Source of the DNA: Betaproteobacteria bacterium
Lineage (GTDB): Bacteria; Pseudomonadota; Gammaproteobacteria; Burkholderiales; SG8-39
Assembly (NCBI GenBank): GCA_034668045.1
Contig: JAXDQC010000074.1
Span: forward strand, 1 to 57,698
DNA: 57,698 bases
Direction: 5' to 3'
This document shows, piece by piece, positions 40,778 to 52,804 of the stretch. Positions within the stretch are counted from its first letter, which is position 1, and the number at the start of each line of letters is the position of its first letter. Below the pieces are notes generated by a model, which saw only the letters and a program-made list of their open reading frames with translations, made no database searches and was not told the DNA's origin. The position numbers were made by a program, and so were the translations under genes.

Positions 40778-41233
40778 ATGACGTACTGGCTGATGAAGAC
40801 CGAGCCCGACGAGTGCTCGATCGATGATGCGCTGGCGGCGAAAGATCGCCTTACGCCCTGGAGCGGCGTGCGCAACTACCAAGCGCGCAACTTCATGAAG
40901 GACCGGATGAAGGTCGGCGACGGCGTGCTTTTCTATCACTCGAGTTGCCCGGAGCCGGGCATCGCCGGCCTGGCCGAGGTTGCCTCGGTCGCCTATCCCG
41001 ACGCAAGCCAGTTCGATCGCAAGAGCCCTTACTACGACAAGGACTCCAAGAAGGAGGCGCCGCGCTGGTTCAACGTCGACGTGCGGGCGTTGCGCAAGAC
41101 CCGGTTGATTGCGTTGGACGAAATGCGAAAACAGAAACCGCTGGCGAAGATGGTGACGCTGCGGCCGGGGAACCGGCTTTCGATTACCCCGGTGACCGAG
41201 GCCGAGTGGAAGCACATCCAGAAGCTGCTCTGA
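40778..41233 (+). CDS. EVE (DUF55) domain protein
   Basis: [18 protein letters not shown]...[13 protein letters not shown]...VLFYHS. Confidence 0.85.
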   Translation: MTYWLMKTEPDECSIDDALAAKDRLTPWSGVRNYQARNFMKDRMKVGDGVLFYHSSCPEPGIAGLAEVASVAYPDASQFDRKSPYYDKDSKKEAPRWFNVDVRALRKTRLIALDEMRKQKPLAKMVTLRPGNRLSITPVTEAEWKHIQKLL

Positions 41234-42276
41234 AGAACGACACGCTCCTGCGCGCACTGGCGCGCCAGCCGACGGAGTACACGCCGATCTGGCTGATGCG
41301 CCAGGCCGGGCGTTACCTGCCCGAGTACAACGCCACGCGCGCCCGCGCCGGCAGCTTCCTCAAGCTGGCGAAGACGCCCGCACTCGCCACTGAGGTGACG
41401 CTGCAGCCACTCGAGCGCTTCCCGCTCGATGCGGCGATCCTTTTTTCCGACATTCTCACCATTCCGGACGCCATGGGCCTCGGCCTCGCCTTCGTCGAGG
41501 GCGAAGGCCCTCGTTTCGAGCGGCCGCTGCGGGACGAAGGCGAGATTCGCAAGCTCGCCGCTCCAGATTTGACTCACCTGCAGTATGTCTTCGACGCGGT
41601 GCGCGAAATCCGCACCGCCCTCGACGGCCGCGTGCCGCTGATCGGCTTCGCCGGCAGCCCTTTCACGCTCGCCTGCTACATGATCGAGGGCGCCGGCAGC
41701 GACGACTGGCGCACCGTCAAGGCGATGCGGCAGTCCCGCCCCGATTTGCTGCACACGATCCTCGGGGTGAACGCGCGCGCGGTGAGCGCCTACTTGAACG
41801 CGCAGATCGAGGCCGGCGCGCAGGTGGTCATGCTCTTCGATACCTGGGGCGGCACGCTCGCGCTCGAGGACTACGATCCCTTCTCGCTCGCCTACTGCAG
41901 GCAGATCTTCCGCGCGGTGAAGGGCGTGCCGCGCATTCTGTTCACCCGCAACGGCAATGCGTGGCTCGGCGCGATGATGCAGAGCGGTTGCGACGCGGTT
42001 GGTCTCGACTGGACGAGCGATCCACGCGCCGCGCGCCGCCTCGCGGCGGGAAAAATCGCGCTGCAAGGAAATCTTGATCCCGCCACGCTCTTCTCTTCCA
42101 CGGAAAACGTGCGCGCTGCGGCGCGTGCGGTGCTGGACAGCTTCGGCACCGAGCCAGGCTACGTGTTCAATCTTGGTCATGGCATCCAACCCGGCACGCC
42201 GGTGGATTCTGTTTCAGCCTTGGTAGACGAAGTACGCACTTACAGCAGGCGTTTGCGCGGGGCTGGAACGGCTTGA
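41206..42276 (+). CDS. hemE: Uroporphyrinogen decarboxylase
   Basis: [33 protein letters not shown]... The GTG at 41206 is the nearest canonical start before the conserved LKND, giving a 28-nt overlap with the EVE gene. The track ORF from 40945 is rejected. Confidence 0.88.
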   Translation: MEAHPEAALKNDTLLRALARQPTEYTPIWLMRQAGRYLPEYNATRARAGSFLKLAKTPALATEVTLQPLERFPLDAAILFSDILTIPDAMGLGLAFVEGEGPRFERPLRDEGEIRKLAAPDLTHLQYVFDAVREIRTALDGRVPLIGFAGSPFTLACYMIEGAGSDDWRTVKAMRQSRPDLLHTILGVNARAVSAYLNAQIEAGAQVVMLFDTWGGTLALEDYDPFSLAYCRQIFRAVKGVPRILFTRNGNAWLGAMMQSGCDAVGLDWTSDPRAARRLAAGKIALQGNLDPATLFSSTENVRAAARAVLDSFGTEPGYVFNLGHGIQPGTPVDSVSALVDEVRTYSRRLRGAGTA

Positions 42277-42426
42277 CTTATGCACAAAGAAAGGGCCCTG
42301 CCGGGACTTTCCCGTCGCTAGGACGTTCCGCTGGGAACGGATTGGCAAGCCTTTGAGACTTATGAAGAAAAGGGGCGATCAGCGGGCGGCTCGCATGTCG
42401 AAACGGGGGGTAGAGGACCCTATGAC

Positions 42427-44477
<2,051 letters not shown>

Positions 44478-44478
<1 letters not shown>

Positions 44479-46103
44479 TGCCCGACCCGAAAGACGTCTT
44501 CAAAGAGGAGCTTGAAGGCGAACTACGGAAGCTCGCGCCGGGAAATCCAACCGAACCGCACATTGAACGGCCGAAGAATCCCGAGCATGGTGATTTCTCG
44601 ACAAATGTGGCGCTGCAGCTTGCCAAGCAACTGGGCCGGAAGCCGCGCGAAATCGCTGAGCATTTGCAGAAAGCTATCGAGCCGGCACTGATCAAAAGAG
44701 GAGTTACGACCCAAGGCGGGGTTTCGATAGCGGGTCCTGGTTTCCTAAACCTGAAGATCAGCTCCGCTCCCAGGCTTCAGCCGATCAAGGATGCTCTAAG
44801 CCAGGGCAAGAACTATGGTCGGACGGTGAAAGCCACGCCGCAATCGGTGCAGGTCGAGTTCGTTTCCGCCAATCCCACGGGACCGCTGCATGTCGGCCAC
44901 GGCCGCCAGGCGGCGCTCGGCGACGCGATCGCGGCGTTGCTCGAATCGCAGGGCGAGCAAGTGACGCGCGAGTTCTACTACAACGACGCCGGCGCGCAGA
45001 TCGACAAGCTCGCCTGGTCGGTGCAGGCGCGCGCCCGGGGCCTCAAGCCCGGCCAGCCCGGCTGGCCGGAAGAAGGCTATGCGGGCGAGTACATCGAAGA
45101 CATCTCGAAGGAAATCCAAAACGCCGACGATCTCGATGCCATCCGCCGGCACGCCGTGGCCTATCTGCGCAAGGAGCAGGACGCCGACCTGCAGGCGTTC
45201 GGCGTCAAGTTCGACGTCTACTACCTCGAATCGAGTCTCTACAGCGAAGGCAAGGTCGCGAACGTCGTCGCCCTCTGGGAGAAAAACGGCAAGAGCTACG
45301 AGAACGAGGGCGCGCTCTGGCTGCGCACCACCGACTATGGGGACGACAAGGACCGCGTGGTGCGCAAATCGGACGGCGGCTACACGTATTTCGTCCCCGA
45401 CGTCGCGTATCACGTCAGCAAGTGGCAGCGCGGCTTCCGCAAGGTGACCAACGTGCAGGGCACCGACCATCACAGCACCATCACCCGTGTGCGCGCCGGG
45501 CTGCAGGCGCTCGGCATGGGCATCCCCGAGGGCTATCCCGACTACGTCCTGCACAGCCTGGTGCGGGTCATGCGCGGCGGCGAGGAAGTGAAGATCTCCA
45601 AGCGCGCCGGCGCCTACGTCACGCTGCGCGATCTCATCGACTGGGTGGGGCGCGACGCGGTGCGCTTCTTCCTCGTCTCGCGCAAGGCGGACTCGGAGTT
45701 CGTCTTCGACGTCGACCTCGCGCGCGAGAAAAGCCTGGAGAACCCGGTGTATTACGTGCAGTACGCGCATGCGCGGATCTGCGCCGTCTTTGCGCAAGGG
45801 TCTGCGCCGCCGGACGCTTTCGACGCCGACCTGTTGAACGGCGAGAAGGAACTGCAGCTGGCGAGCAAGATCGCGGAATATCCGGACGTGATCGCGGTCG
45901 CGGCGAAGGAGCTGGCGCCGCACGCCGTCGCCTTCTACCTGCGCGAACTCGCGGCGCAGTTCCACAGCTACTATAATGCCGAGCGCATCCTCGTCGAGGA
46001 TGCGGCTTTGCGGACGGCGAGGCTCGCGCTTTGCGCGGCAGTGCGCCAGACCCTGGCCAACGGGCTGTCGCTCCTAGGCGTCAGCGCTCCGGAGAAGATG
46101 TAG
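44478..46103 (+). CDS. argS: Arginine--tRNA ligase
   Basis: Start at ATG 44478 (TGATG junction with priA). [14 protein letters not shown] (HIGH) and ISKRAG (KMSK-like). The track ORF from 43605 is rejected. Confidence 0.92.
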
Positions 46104-46703
46104 ATGCCACCAACGAGAACCGCACCCGCCACGCGCAAGCGCTCGGCAGGTGGCTTCCTGTTCGGATTGTTCACCGGCGTGGTGATCGGCCTCGCCGTGT
46201 CCCTGGCGATCGCCTTCTACCTCAATCGCGCGCCGGTGCCGTTCATTACCGCTAAGCCGCGGCAGGCGGAAAAGGAAGCCAAGCCGCCAGCCATCGCCGG
46301 CCTGCCGCAGAGCGCGGCGGCGCCCGTCACGGCGCCGGAGAAGCCGAAGTTCGACTTCTACAAGATCCTGCCGGGCTCCGAAGAGCCGGTCACCGAGCGC
46401 GAGCTGCGCGAGCGGCTGCGCGCCTCGCGCAGCGGCCCGGGTCAACAGGAAGTTTCCAAGGACGTTTATTTCATTCAGGCCGGGTCGTTCCAGAACCCGG
46501 CCGACGCGGACAACCAGAAGGCGCGCCTCGCGATCCTCGGCTTCGAGTCGAGCGTCGAGCCGGCGAACCTGCCCGACAAGGGCACCTGGTATCGCGTGCG
46601 CATGGGGCCGTACTCGAAGCTCGATGAGATCAACCGCATCCGCCAGTCGCTGGCGCAGAACGGCATCGAGGCCAACCTGGTGAAGATCAAGGAGCCGCAG
46701 TAG
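46104..46703 (+). CDS. SPOR domain-containing cell-division/peptidoglycan-binding protein
   Basis: N-terminal TM segment (FLFGLFTGVVIGLAVSLAIAFYL) and a C-terminal SPOR domain (YFIQAGSFQNPADADNQKARLAILGF...WYRVRMGPY). Confidence 0.8.
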   Translation: MPPTRTAPATRKRSAGGFLFGLFTGVVIGLAVSLAIAFYLNRAPVPFITAKPRQAEKEAKPPAIAGLPQSAAAPVTAPEKPKFDFYKILPGSEEPVTERELRERLRASRSGPGQQEVSKDVYFIQAGSFQNPADADNQKARLAILGFESSVEPANLPDKGTWYRVRMGPYSKLDEINRIRQSLAQNGIEANLVKIKEPQ

Positions 46704-47327
46704 ATGAGAAAACTTTTCGCCGCCGTCGCCGCAGCCCTGCTGCTCGTCCCCTGCCTCGCCTCGGCGCAGCAGCCGGGGAAATTCGCCTACACCGAGCTCA
46801 AGCCGGTGCAGCCGACCGAGTCGGGCAACAAGGTCGAGGTGCTGGAATTCTTCTGGTACGGCTGCCCGCACTGCTACAACCTCGAGCCGCTCCTCGAAGG
46901 CTGGACCAAGAAGCTGCCCGCCGACGTGCAGTTCCGCCGCGTGCCGGCGATCCTCAGCGAGCGCTGGGAATACGACGCGGCGATCTACTACACCTTTGAA
47001 GCGATGAACCTGCTCGGCAAGCTGCACCGGCCGTTCTTCGACGCCATCCACCGCGACCGCCTGCGCACCGAGAGCCAGCAGGCGCTCGCCGAGTGGCTCG
47101 GCAAGCAGGGCGTCGACGCCAACCGCTTTTTCGACACCATGAAATCCATGGGCGTGGACGCGAAGGTGCGCCGGGCCGCGCAGCTCACGCTCGCCTATCG
47201 CATCAACGGCACGCCGGGCATGGCGGTGCAGGGGCGCTACACCGTCAGCGCCGAGCAGGCGCGCTCGCACCAGGGCATGATCGAGACGGTCGACTACCTC
47301 GTCGACATCGCGAGGAAGCAGAAATAA
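46704..47327 (+). CDS. dsbA: Thiol:disulfide interchange protein DsbA
   Basis: Signal peptide and active site FFWYGCPHCY. Confidence 0.88.
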   Translation: MRKLFAAVAAALLLVPCLASAQQPGKFAYTELKPVQPTESGNKVEVLEFFWYGCPHCYNLEPLLEGWTKKLPADVQFRRVPAILSERWEYDAAIYYTFEAMNLLGKLHRPFFDAIHRDRLRTESQQALAEWLGKQGVDANRFFDTMKSMGVDAKVRRAAQLTLAYRINGTPGMAVQGRYTVSAEQARSHQGMIETVDYLVDIARKQK

Positions 47328-48058
47328 GAGTCGTCATCACCGGCGCTTCCTCCGGCATCGGCGAAGCGCTGGCGCGGCACTACGCCTCGCAGGGCGCGAC
47401 GCTCGGCCTGATCGCCCGCCGGCCCGCCGCGATCGGCAGCTTCACCGGCAAGTCCTACCAGCTCGACGTGACCGACGCGCGCGCGATGGCGGCCGCCGCC
47501 GGAGACTTCGGCGTGCCCGACCTGGTCATTGCCAACGCGGGGGTCTCGGCCGGCACGAGCGGCGAGGAACTGCGCGACATGGAGCATCTGCGGCGGCTGC
47601 TCGAGGTCAATGTCATCGGCGTCGCCGTCACCCTGGCCGCCTTCGCGCCGGCGATGCGCAAGGCCGGGCGCGGCACGCTCGCCTGCATCGCCAGCGTCGC
47701 CGGCTTCCGCGGCCTCGCCGGCAACGGCGCCTACAGCGCCTCGAAGGCGGCGGCGATCACCTGGATGGAGAGCCTGCGCACCGAGATGCACGGCAGCGGC
47801 GTCGCGGTGGTCTGCATCTGCCCCGGCTATATCGACACGCCGATGACGCGGGTGAACCGCTTCCGCATGCCGTTTCTCCTGCCCGCCGAAGAGGCGGCGA
47901 GGCGCATTGCGCGCGCCATCGAGCGGCGACCGCGTCTTGCGGTCGTGCCGTGGCAGATGGCGCTGGTCTCCGTGGCGCTGCGCGCCATGCCCGGCTGGCT
48001 CTACGACCGGCTGGCCGCCGGCGCGCCGCGCAAGCCTAGGAGCTCGCCACCTTCGTAG
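47324..48058 (+). CDS. Short-chain dehydrogenase/reductase (classical SDR); apparent non-canonical ATA start
   Basis: IRVVITGASSGIGEALA..., NAG, and YSASKAA. The only canonical in-frame start, ATG 47093, would overlap dsbA by 235 nt. An AGGAAG SD lies 5 nt upstream of the ATA at 47324. Confidence 0.7.
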   Translation: MRVVITGASSGIGEALARHYASQGATLGLIARRPAAIGSFTGKSYQLDVTDARAMAAAAGDFGVPDLVIANAGVSAGTSGEELRDMEHLRRLLEVNVIGVAVTLAAFAPAMRKAGRGTLACIASVAGFRGLAGNGAYSASKAAAITWMESLRTEMHGSGVAVVCICPGYIDTPMTRVNRFRMPFLLPAEEAARRIARAIERRPRLAVVPWQMALVSVALRAMPGWLYDRLAAGAPRKPRSSPPS

Positions 48059-49817
48059 AAAGTCTGAGCTTGGCGTACCGGCCAGGCGCGGGCTCGATCG
48101 CTTTTTGTGGAATACGCGCCGGAACTTTATCTGCGCCGGTTTTCTCGATCCACGCCTGCCAGTCTTCCCACCACGAGCCGGGACGCTGCGTCGCGCTCTC
48201 GAACCATTTCTCGGCGGTCTCGGGCAGCGCGTCATTGGACCAGTAGTGGTATTTCTTCGCCGCCGGCGGATTGACGATGCCGGCAATGTGGCCCGAGCCG
48301 CCCAGGACGAAGCGCACCGGGCCCTTCAGATATTTCGCGCCTTTGTAGGTCGTCTTCCAAGGCGCGATGTGGTCCTCGACCGTGGAGATGAAGTACGACG
48401 GGATCTTCACCTTCGCAAGATCGATCGGCGTGCCGGCGAGCTGGATGCCGCCCGGGACGCCCATCAGGTTCTTGATGTACATGTTGCGCAGATAGAAGCT
48501 GTGCATGCGCGCCGGCATGCGCGTCGAGTCGGCGTTCCAGTAGAGGAGATCGAACGGGAACGGGTCCTTGCCCATCAGGTAATTGTTGACCACGAAAGAC
48601 CAGACGAGATCGTTCGAGCGCAGCATGTTGAAGGTGCTCGCCATCTCCGAGCCCTCGAGGTAGCCGCGCTCGTTCATCTTGCGCTCGAGGCTCTCCACCT
48701 GCGCTTCGTCGATGAACACGCCGAGCTCGCCCGGCTGGGAGAAATCGAGCAGGCTGACGAAGAAGGTGGCGCTCTTCACCCGCTCGTCGCCCTTGGCGGC
48801 CAGGTAGGCGAGGGTCGCGCCCAGCAGCGTGCCGCCCAGGCAGTAGCCGATGAAGTTCACCTCGCGCTCGCCGGTCGCGCGCTCCACCGCGTCGAGCGCG
48901 GCGAGCGGCCCTTCCCGCATGTAGTCGTCGAAGCCCTTCTGCGCCAGCTTCGCGTCGGGGTTCACCCAGGAGACCACGAACACCGTGTGTCCCTGGTTCA
49001 CCGCCCATTTGATGAAGGAGTTCTTCTCGCGCAGGTCGAGGATGTAGTACTTGTTGATCCAGGGCGGCACGATGATGAGCGGGCGCTTGAGCACCTTGTC
49101 GGTCGCCGGCTTGTACTGGATGAGCTGCATCAGCTCGTTCTCGAACACCACGCTGCCGGGCGTGGTGGCGACGTTCTCGCCCAGCTTGAAGGCCTTCTCG
49201 TCGGTCATCGAGATCTGCAGCTGCCCGCCGCCCTTCTCGATGTCGGCGAGGAGGTTGTTCAGGCCGCGCACCAGGTTCTGCCCGCCGCTCGCCACCGTCT
49301 CGCGCAGCACCTGCGGATTGGTAAGCAGGAAGTTCGTCGGCGACAGGGCATCGACGTACTGGCGCGTGAAGAAGGCGACCTTCTTCTCCGATTCCGGGCT
49401 CAGGCCTTCGACCTTCGACACCGCGTCCTGGATGTGCCGCGCGGAGATGAGGTAGGACTGCTTGATGAGATCGAAGAGGAAGTTCGTCGACCAGTCCTCG
49501 CCCTTGAAGCGCGAGTCGCTCTTCGCCGGCTGGGCGATCGGCGCCGATTGCATGCCGAACATCTTCATCCAGCTCGACTGCCAGAGCCGCATGTAGTCGA
49601 CCCACAGGTTCACCGACATCGAAGCGACGAGCGCCGGATCGTTCGCCATCTTCGCGTACAGGTCCATGTACGCCTTGGCGATGCCCATCTCGTCGCGCAT
49701 CGCCGAGGAGAGCGATTGCGCCTGCTTCTGGGCAAAGTCGGCAAGGATCTTGGAAGAACGCTCGGCGACCGACTGAACGACCTTCGAATCAACTGGCTGC
49801 ATAACGCATGATGCCAT
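48036..49817 (-). CDS. phaC: Class I poly(R)-hydroxyalkanoate synthase
   Basis: 593 aa. Lipase box GYCLGG, PPWINKYYILDL, and DHIAPW. An alternative ATG lies at 49802. Confidence 0.9.
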   Translation of the reverse strand: MASCVMQPVDSKVVQSVAERSSKILADFAQKQAQSLSSAMRDEMGIAKAYMDLYAKMANDPALVASMSVNLWVDYMRLWQSSWMKMFGMQSAPIAQPAKSDSRFKGEDWSTNFLFDLIKQSYLISARHIQDAVSKVEGLSPESEKKVAFFTRQYVDALSPTNFLLTNPQVLRETVASGGQNLVRGLNNLLADIEKGGGQLQISMTDEKAFKLGENVATTPGSVVFENELMQLIQYKPATDKVLKRPLIIVPPWINKYYILDLREKNSFIKWAVNQGHTVFVVSWVNPDAKLAQKGFDDYMREGPLAALDAVERATGEREVNFIGYCLGGTLLGATLAYLAAKGDERVKSATFFVSLLDFSQPGELGVFIDEAQVESLERKMNERGYLEGSEMASTFNMLRSNDLVWSFVVNNYLMGKDPFPFDLLYWNADSTRMPARMHSFYLRNMYIKNLMGVPGGIQLAGTPIDLAKVKIPSYFISTVEDHIAPWKTTYKGAKYLKGPVRFVLGGSGHIAGIVNPPAAKKYHYWSNDALPETAEKWFESATQRPGSWWEDWQAWIEKTGADKVPARIPQKAIEPAPGRYAKLRLSTKVASS

Positions 49818-50790
49818 CCGCCCCCGCCGTCCGCTTCAGGCGTCCCGCGTAGTAAAGATAGTGCAGATGGGCGATCGCCTCGCCCATGGCGAAGAAGGTC
49901 TGGTGCGCGTCGAGCGGCCGGCGGAAGAGCAGCCCGAGCAGCTCGCCCGCGCTCATCGCCTTCCCCTTCAAGGCTTCGATCAGCTTGGCGAAGTGCGCCT
50001 GGTGGTGGCCTTCCAGCTGGCCAACGCGCGCGTGGGCGCCGCGGAACGGCTTGCCGTGCGAGGGCAGCACCAGTACGTCCTCGGGCAGCTCGCGGTAGCG
50101 TTTCAGCGACTCGAGGAAGAGCCGCAGCGGGTCGCCCTCCGGGTCGATCGACCAGACGCTGACGTTGGTCGAGATGGTGGAGAGCAGCATGTCGCCGGCA
50201 ATGACCACGTTCAGCGCCTCGCAGTAGAGCGAAAGGTGCTCCGGCGCGTGGCCGTGGCCGATGAAGGCGCGCCAGTCCTGGTCGCCGATCCTCACCTTGT
50301 CGCCCTCGATGATGCGCCGGTACGAAAGCGGAAACTCCGGCACCAGCGCGGCGTAGCGATTGCCCCGGCCCGTCATTGTTTTTGCGCGCTCGGGATCGAG
50401 GCCGTTCTGGCGGAAGACTTCGAGCACCGCCTCGGTCGTGTAGCCGGCGCTCGACGCGCGCACCGCGTGCGCAGTCAGGTATTCGCCTTGCGTGGTCCAG
50501 AACTCGGCGCCGAACTTCTGCACCAGCCAGGCCGCGTTGCCGGCGTGATCGGGATGGTAGTGCGTCAGCACGACGCGGCGAATATCCTTGCCGGCGAGGA
50601 TTTTTTCCCACAGCTCGCGCGTGGTCGCGTCACCGATTCCGGTGTCGACGATGGTATCGCCCGCCAGCCACAGGTTGATATGGTCGAGCGCGAACGGCAG
50701 CGGCATGCTGAGCCAGCGCACGCCGGGCGCGACTTCGATCGTCGCGCCGGGCTCGGGGGTCTCGGGGTAGGGGTAGTTGAGAGAAGACAT
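49789..50790 (-). CDS. MBL-fold metallo-hydrolase
   Basis: 333 aa with motif THYHPDHAG. Confidence 0.8.
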   Translation of the reverse strand: MSSLNYPYPETPEPGATIEVAPGVRWLSMPLPFALDHINLWLAGDTIVDTGIGDATTRELWEKILAGKDIRRVVLTHYHPDHAGNAAWLVQKFGAEFWTTQGEYLTAHAVRASSAGYTTEAVLEVFRQNGLDPERAKTMTGRGNRYAALVPEFPLSYRRIIEGDKVRIGDQDWRAFIGHGHAPEHLSLYCEALNVVIAGDMLLSTISTNVSVWSIDPEGDPLRLFLESLKRYRELPEDVLVLPSHGKPFRGAHARVGQLEGHHQAHFAKLIEALKGKAMSAGELLGLLFRRPLDAHQTFFAMGEAIAHLHYLYYAGRLKRTAGADGIMRYAAS

Positions 50791-50815
50791 CCGCTAGAAT
50801 CGCTCGCCACTCACC

Positions 50816-51208
50816 ATGCAGATCCTGGAAACAGAGCGCACCGAGTTTTCGATCAGCGAACTGGCGCGCGAGTTCGACGTCACGCCGCGCGCGATCCGCT
50901 TCTACGAGGACCAGGGCCTGATCTCGCCGCGGCGCGTCGGCCAGCGGCGAGTGTACACGCCGCGCGACCGCACCCGCCTCAAGCTCACCCTGCGCGGCAA
51001 GCGCCTCGGCCTGACGCTGTCCGAGATCCGCGAGCTGATCGACATGTACGAGCCGGGCCGCGACCAGCGGCCGCAGCTGGCGCGCTTCCTTGCCGTGCTG
51101 GAAGAGCACAAGGCGATCCTGCAGCAGCAGCAGGCCGACATCGACGCCCAGCTGTCGGAGATCCAGGCCTTCGAGAAGAAGGTGCGAAAGCAGCTCAAGC
51201 GCAGTTGA
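50816..51208 (+). CDS. liuR: MerR-family transcriptional regulator, LiuR-like (branched-chain acyl-CoA catabolism)
   Basis: FSISELAREFDVTPRAIRFYEDQGLISPRR (MerR HTH). Sits directly upstream of a thioesterase and isovaleryl-CoA dehydrogenase. The symbol is assigned from context. Confidence 0.7.
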   Translation: MQILETERTEFSISELAREFDVTPRAIRFYEDQGLISPRRVGQRRVYTPRDRTRLKLTLRGKRLGLTLSEIRELIDMYEPGRDQRPQLARFLAVLEEHKAILQQQQADIDAQLSEIQAFEKKVRKQLKRS

Positions 51209-51233
51209 CGTTTACGTAAACGTCAAGTAGGGT
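51205..51233 (+). promoter_or_regulatory. Perfect 22-bp palindrome TTGACGTTTACGTAAACGTCAA (51205-51226) embedded in a candidate promoter: -35 TTGACG, 17-nt spacer, -10 TAGGGT
   Basis: Palindrome verified base by base. It overlaps the liuR stop codon and lies 14-20 nt upstream of the next gene. Confidence 0.55.
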
Positions 51234-51245
51234 TGCAGGTTGCCC

Positions 51246-51668
51246 ATGGACCTGCCTTTGGACCACGTTCGCGACAGCTTTTCCCGGCAGAAGGCCATGA
51301 CGCTCATCGGCGCGTCGCTGGCCTCCATCGAGGCCGGCGCCAGCGAAATCCGCCTGCCCTATCGCGCCGACCTGACGCAGCAGAAGGGCTTCGTCCACGG
51401 CGGCATCATCGGCATGATCGCCGACTCGGCGGCCGGCTACGCCGCCTACAGCCTGATGCCGCCGAGCGCATCGCTCGTCACGGTCGAGTACAAGATGAAC
51501 ATCCTCGCGCCTGCGCGCGGCGGGCTGGTCGCGCGCGGCACGGTGATCAAGTCGGGCCGTACACTTACCGTGGCGCGCGCCGAGGTGTACGCTGAGGACG
51601 GCACGCACGTCGCGTCGATGCAGCAGACGCTGATGATGCTGCCGAATACCCCCGACACCGCTGAATGA
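51246..51668 (+). CDS. PaaI-family hotdog-fold thioesterase
   Basis: [12 protein letters not shown]...[24 protein letters not shown] at 40 nt-scale proximity (51240) is an alternative start. ATGA overlap with ivd. Confidence 0.78.
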   Translation: MDLPLDHVRDSFSRQKAMTLIGASLASIEAGASEIRLPYRADLTQQKGFVHGGIIGMIADSAAGYAAYSLMPPSASLVTVEYKMNILAPARGGLVARGTVIKSGRTLTVARAEVYAEDGTHVASMQQTLMMLPNTPDTAE

Positions 51669-52804
51669 GCTACCTGAATTTCGACCACGGCGAGACCATC
51701 GCCATGCTGCGCGAGTCCGTGCGCGATTTTGCGTCGAAGGAAATCGCCCCGCGCGCGGCGCAGATCGATTCTGCCAATCAATTCCCGCCCGACCTGTGGC
51801 GCAAGATGGGCAGCCTGGGCCTGCTCGGCGTCACCGTCGAGGAAGCCTACGGCGGCACGGCGATGGGCTATCTCGCCCACATCGTCGCCATGGAGGAAAT
51901 CTCGCGCGCCTCGGCGTCAATCGGCCTCTCCTACGGCGCCCACTCGAACCTGTGCGTCAACCAGATCCGGCGCAACGGCTCGGAGGCGCAGAAGAAGAAA
52001 TACCTGCCGAAGCTCGTTTCGGGCGAGCACGTCGGCGCGCTCGCCATGTCGGAGCCGGGCGCGGGTTCGGATGTGGTTGGAATGAAATTAAAAGCAGAAA
52101 GAAAAAAAGATCATTACGTCCTCAATGGCAACAAGATGTGGATCACCAACGGCCCCGATGCCGACACGCTCGTCATCTACGGCAAAGGTGAAGGCATCAC
52201 TGCCTTCCTGGTCGAGAAGGGCATGAAGGGCTTCTCCACTGCACAGAAGCTCGACAAGCTCGGCATGCGCGGCTCCAACACCTGCGAGCTGGTGTTCCGC
52301 GACTGCGAAGTGCCGGCCGAGAACGTGCTGGGCGAAGAAGGCAAGGGCGTGAAAGTGCTCATGTCCGGGCTCGACTACGAGCGCGCGGTGCTCGCCGGCG
52401 GACCGCTCGGCATCATGGCCGCCTGCCTCGATGTCGTGATGCCCTACGTGCACGAGCGCAAGCAGTTCGGCCAGCCGATCGGCGAATTCCAGCTCATGCA
52501 GGGCAAGATCGCCGACATGTACACCACCTTCTCGGCGTGCCGCGCCTACGTCTACGCGGTCGGCCAGGCGCTGGACCGGAACGAGACGACGCGCAAGGAC
52601 GCCGCGGGCGCGATCCTCTACGCCGCGGAAAAAGCGACCTGGATGGCGGGCGAAGCGATCCAGGCGATGGGCGGCATGGGCTACATCAACGAGACGCCCC
52701 CCGGGCGCCTCTGGCGCGACGCCAAACTCTATGAAATCGGCGCTGGCACTTCCGAGATCCGCCGCTGGCTGATCGGCCGGGAACTGTTTGGAGAGACCGC
52801 GTGA
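51665..52804 (+). CDS. ivd: Isovaleryl-CoA dehydrogenase
   Basis: 379 aa. [46 protein letters not shown]. Confidence 0.88.
   Translation: MSYLNFDHGETIAMLRESVRDFASKEIAPRAAQIDSANQFPPDLWRKMGSLGLLGVTVEEAYGGTAMGYLAHIVAMEEISRASASIGLSYGAHSNLCVNQIRRNGSEAQKKKYLPKLVSGEHVGALAMSEPGAGSDVVGMKLKAERKKDHYVLNGNKMWITNGPDADTLVIYGKGEGITAFLVEKGMKGFSTAQKLDKLGMRGSNTCELVFRDCEVPAENVLGEEGKGVKVLMSGLDYERAVLAGGPLGIMAACLDVVMPYVHERKQFGQPIGEFQLMQGKIADMYTTFSACRAYVYAVGQALDRNETTRKDAAGAILYAAEKATWMAGEAIQAMGGMGYINETPPGRLWRDAKLYEIGAGTSEIRRWLIGRELFGETA

Noticed and set aside
42324-42339. The hairpin CGTTCC-GCTG-GGAACG after hemE as a rho-independent terminator.
   Set aside because: The stem is only 6 bp and no U-tract follows, so the call is too weak.
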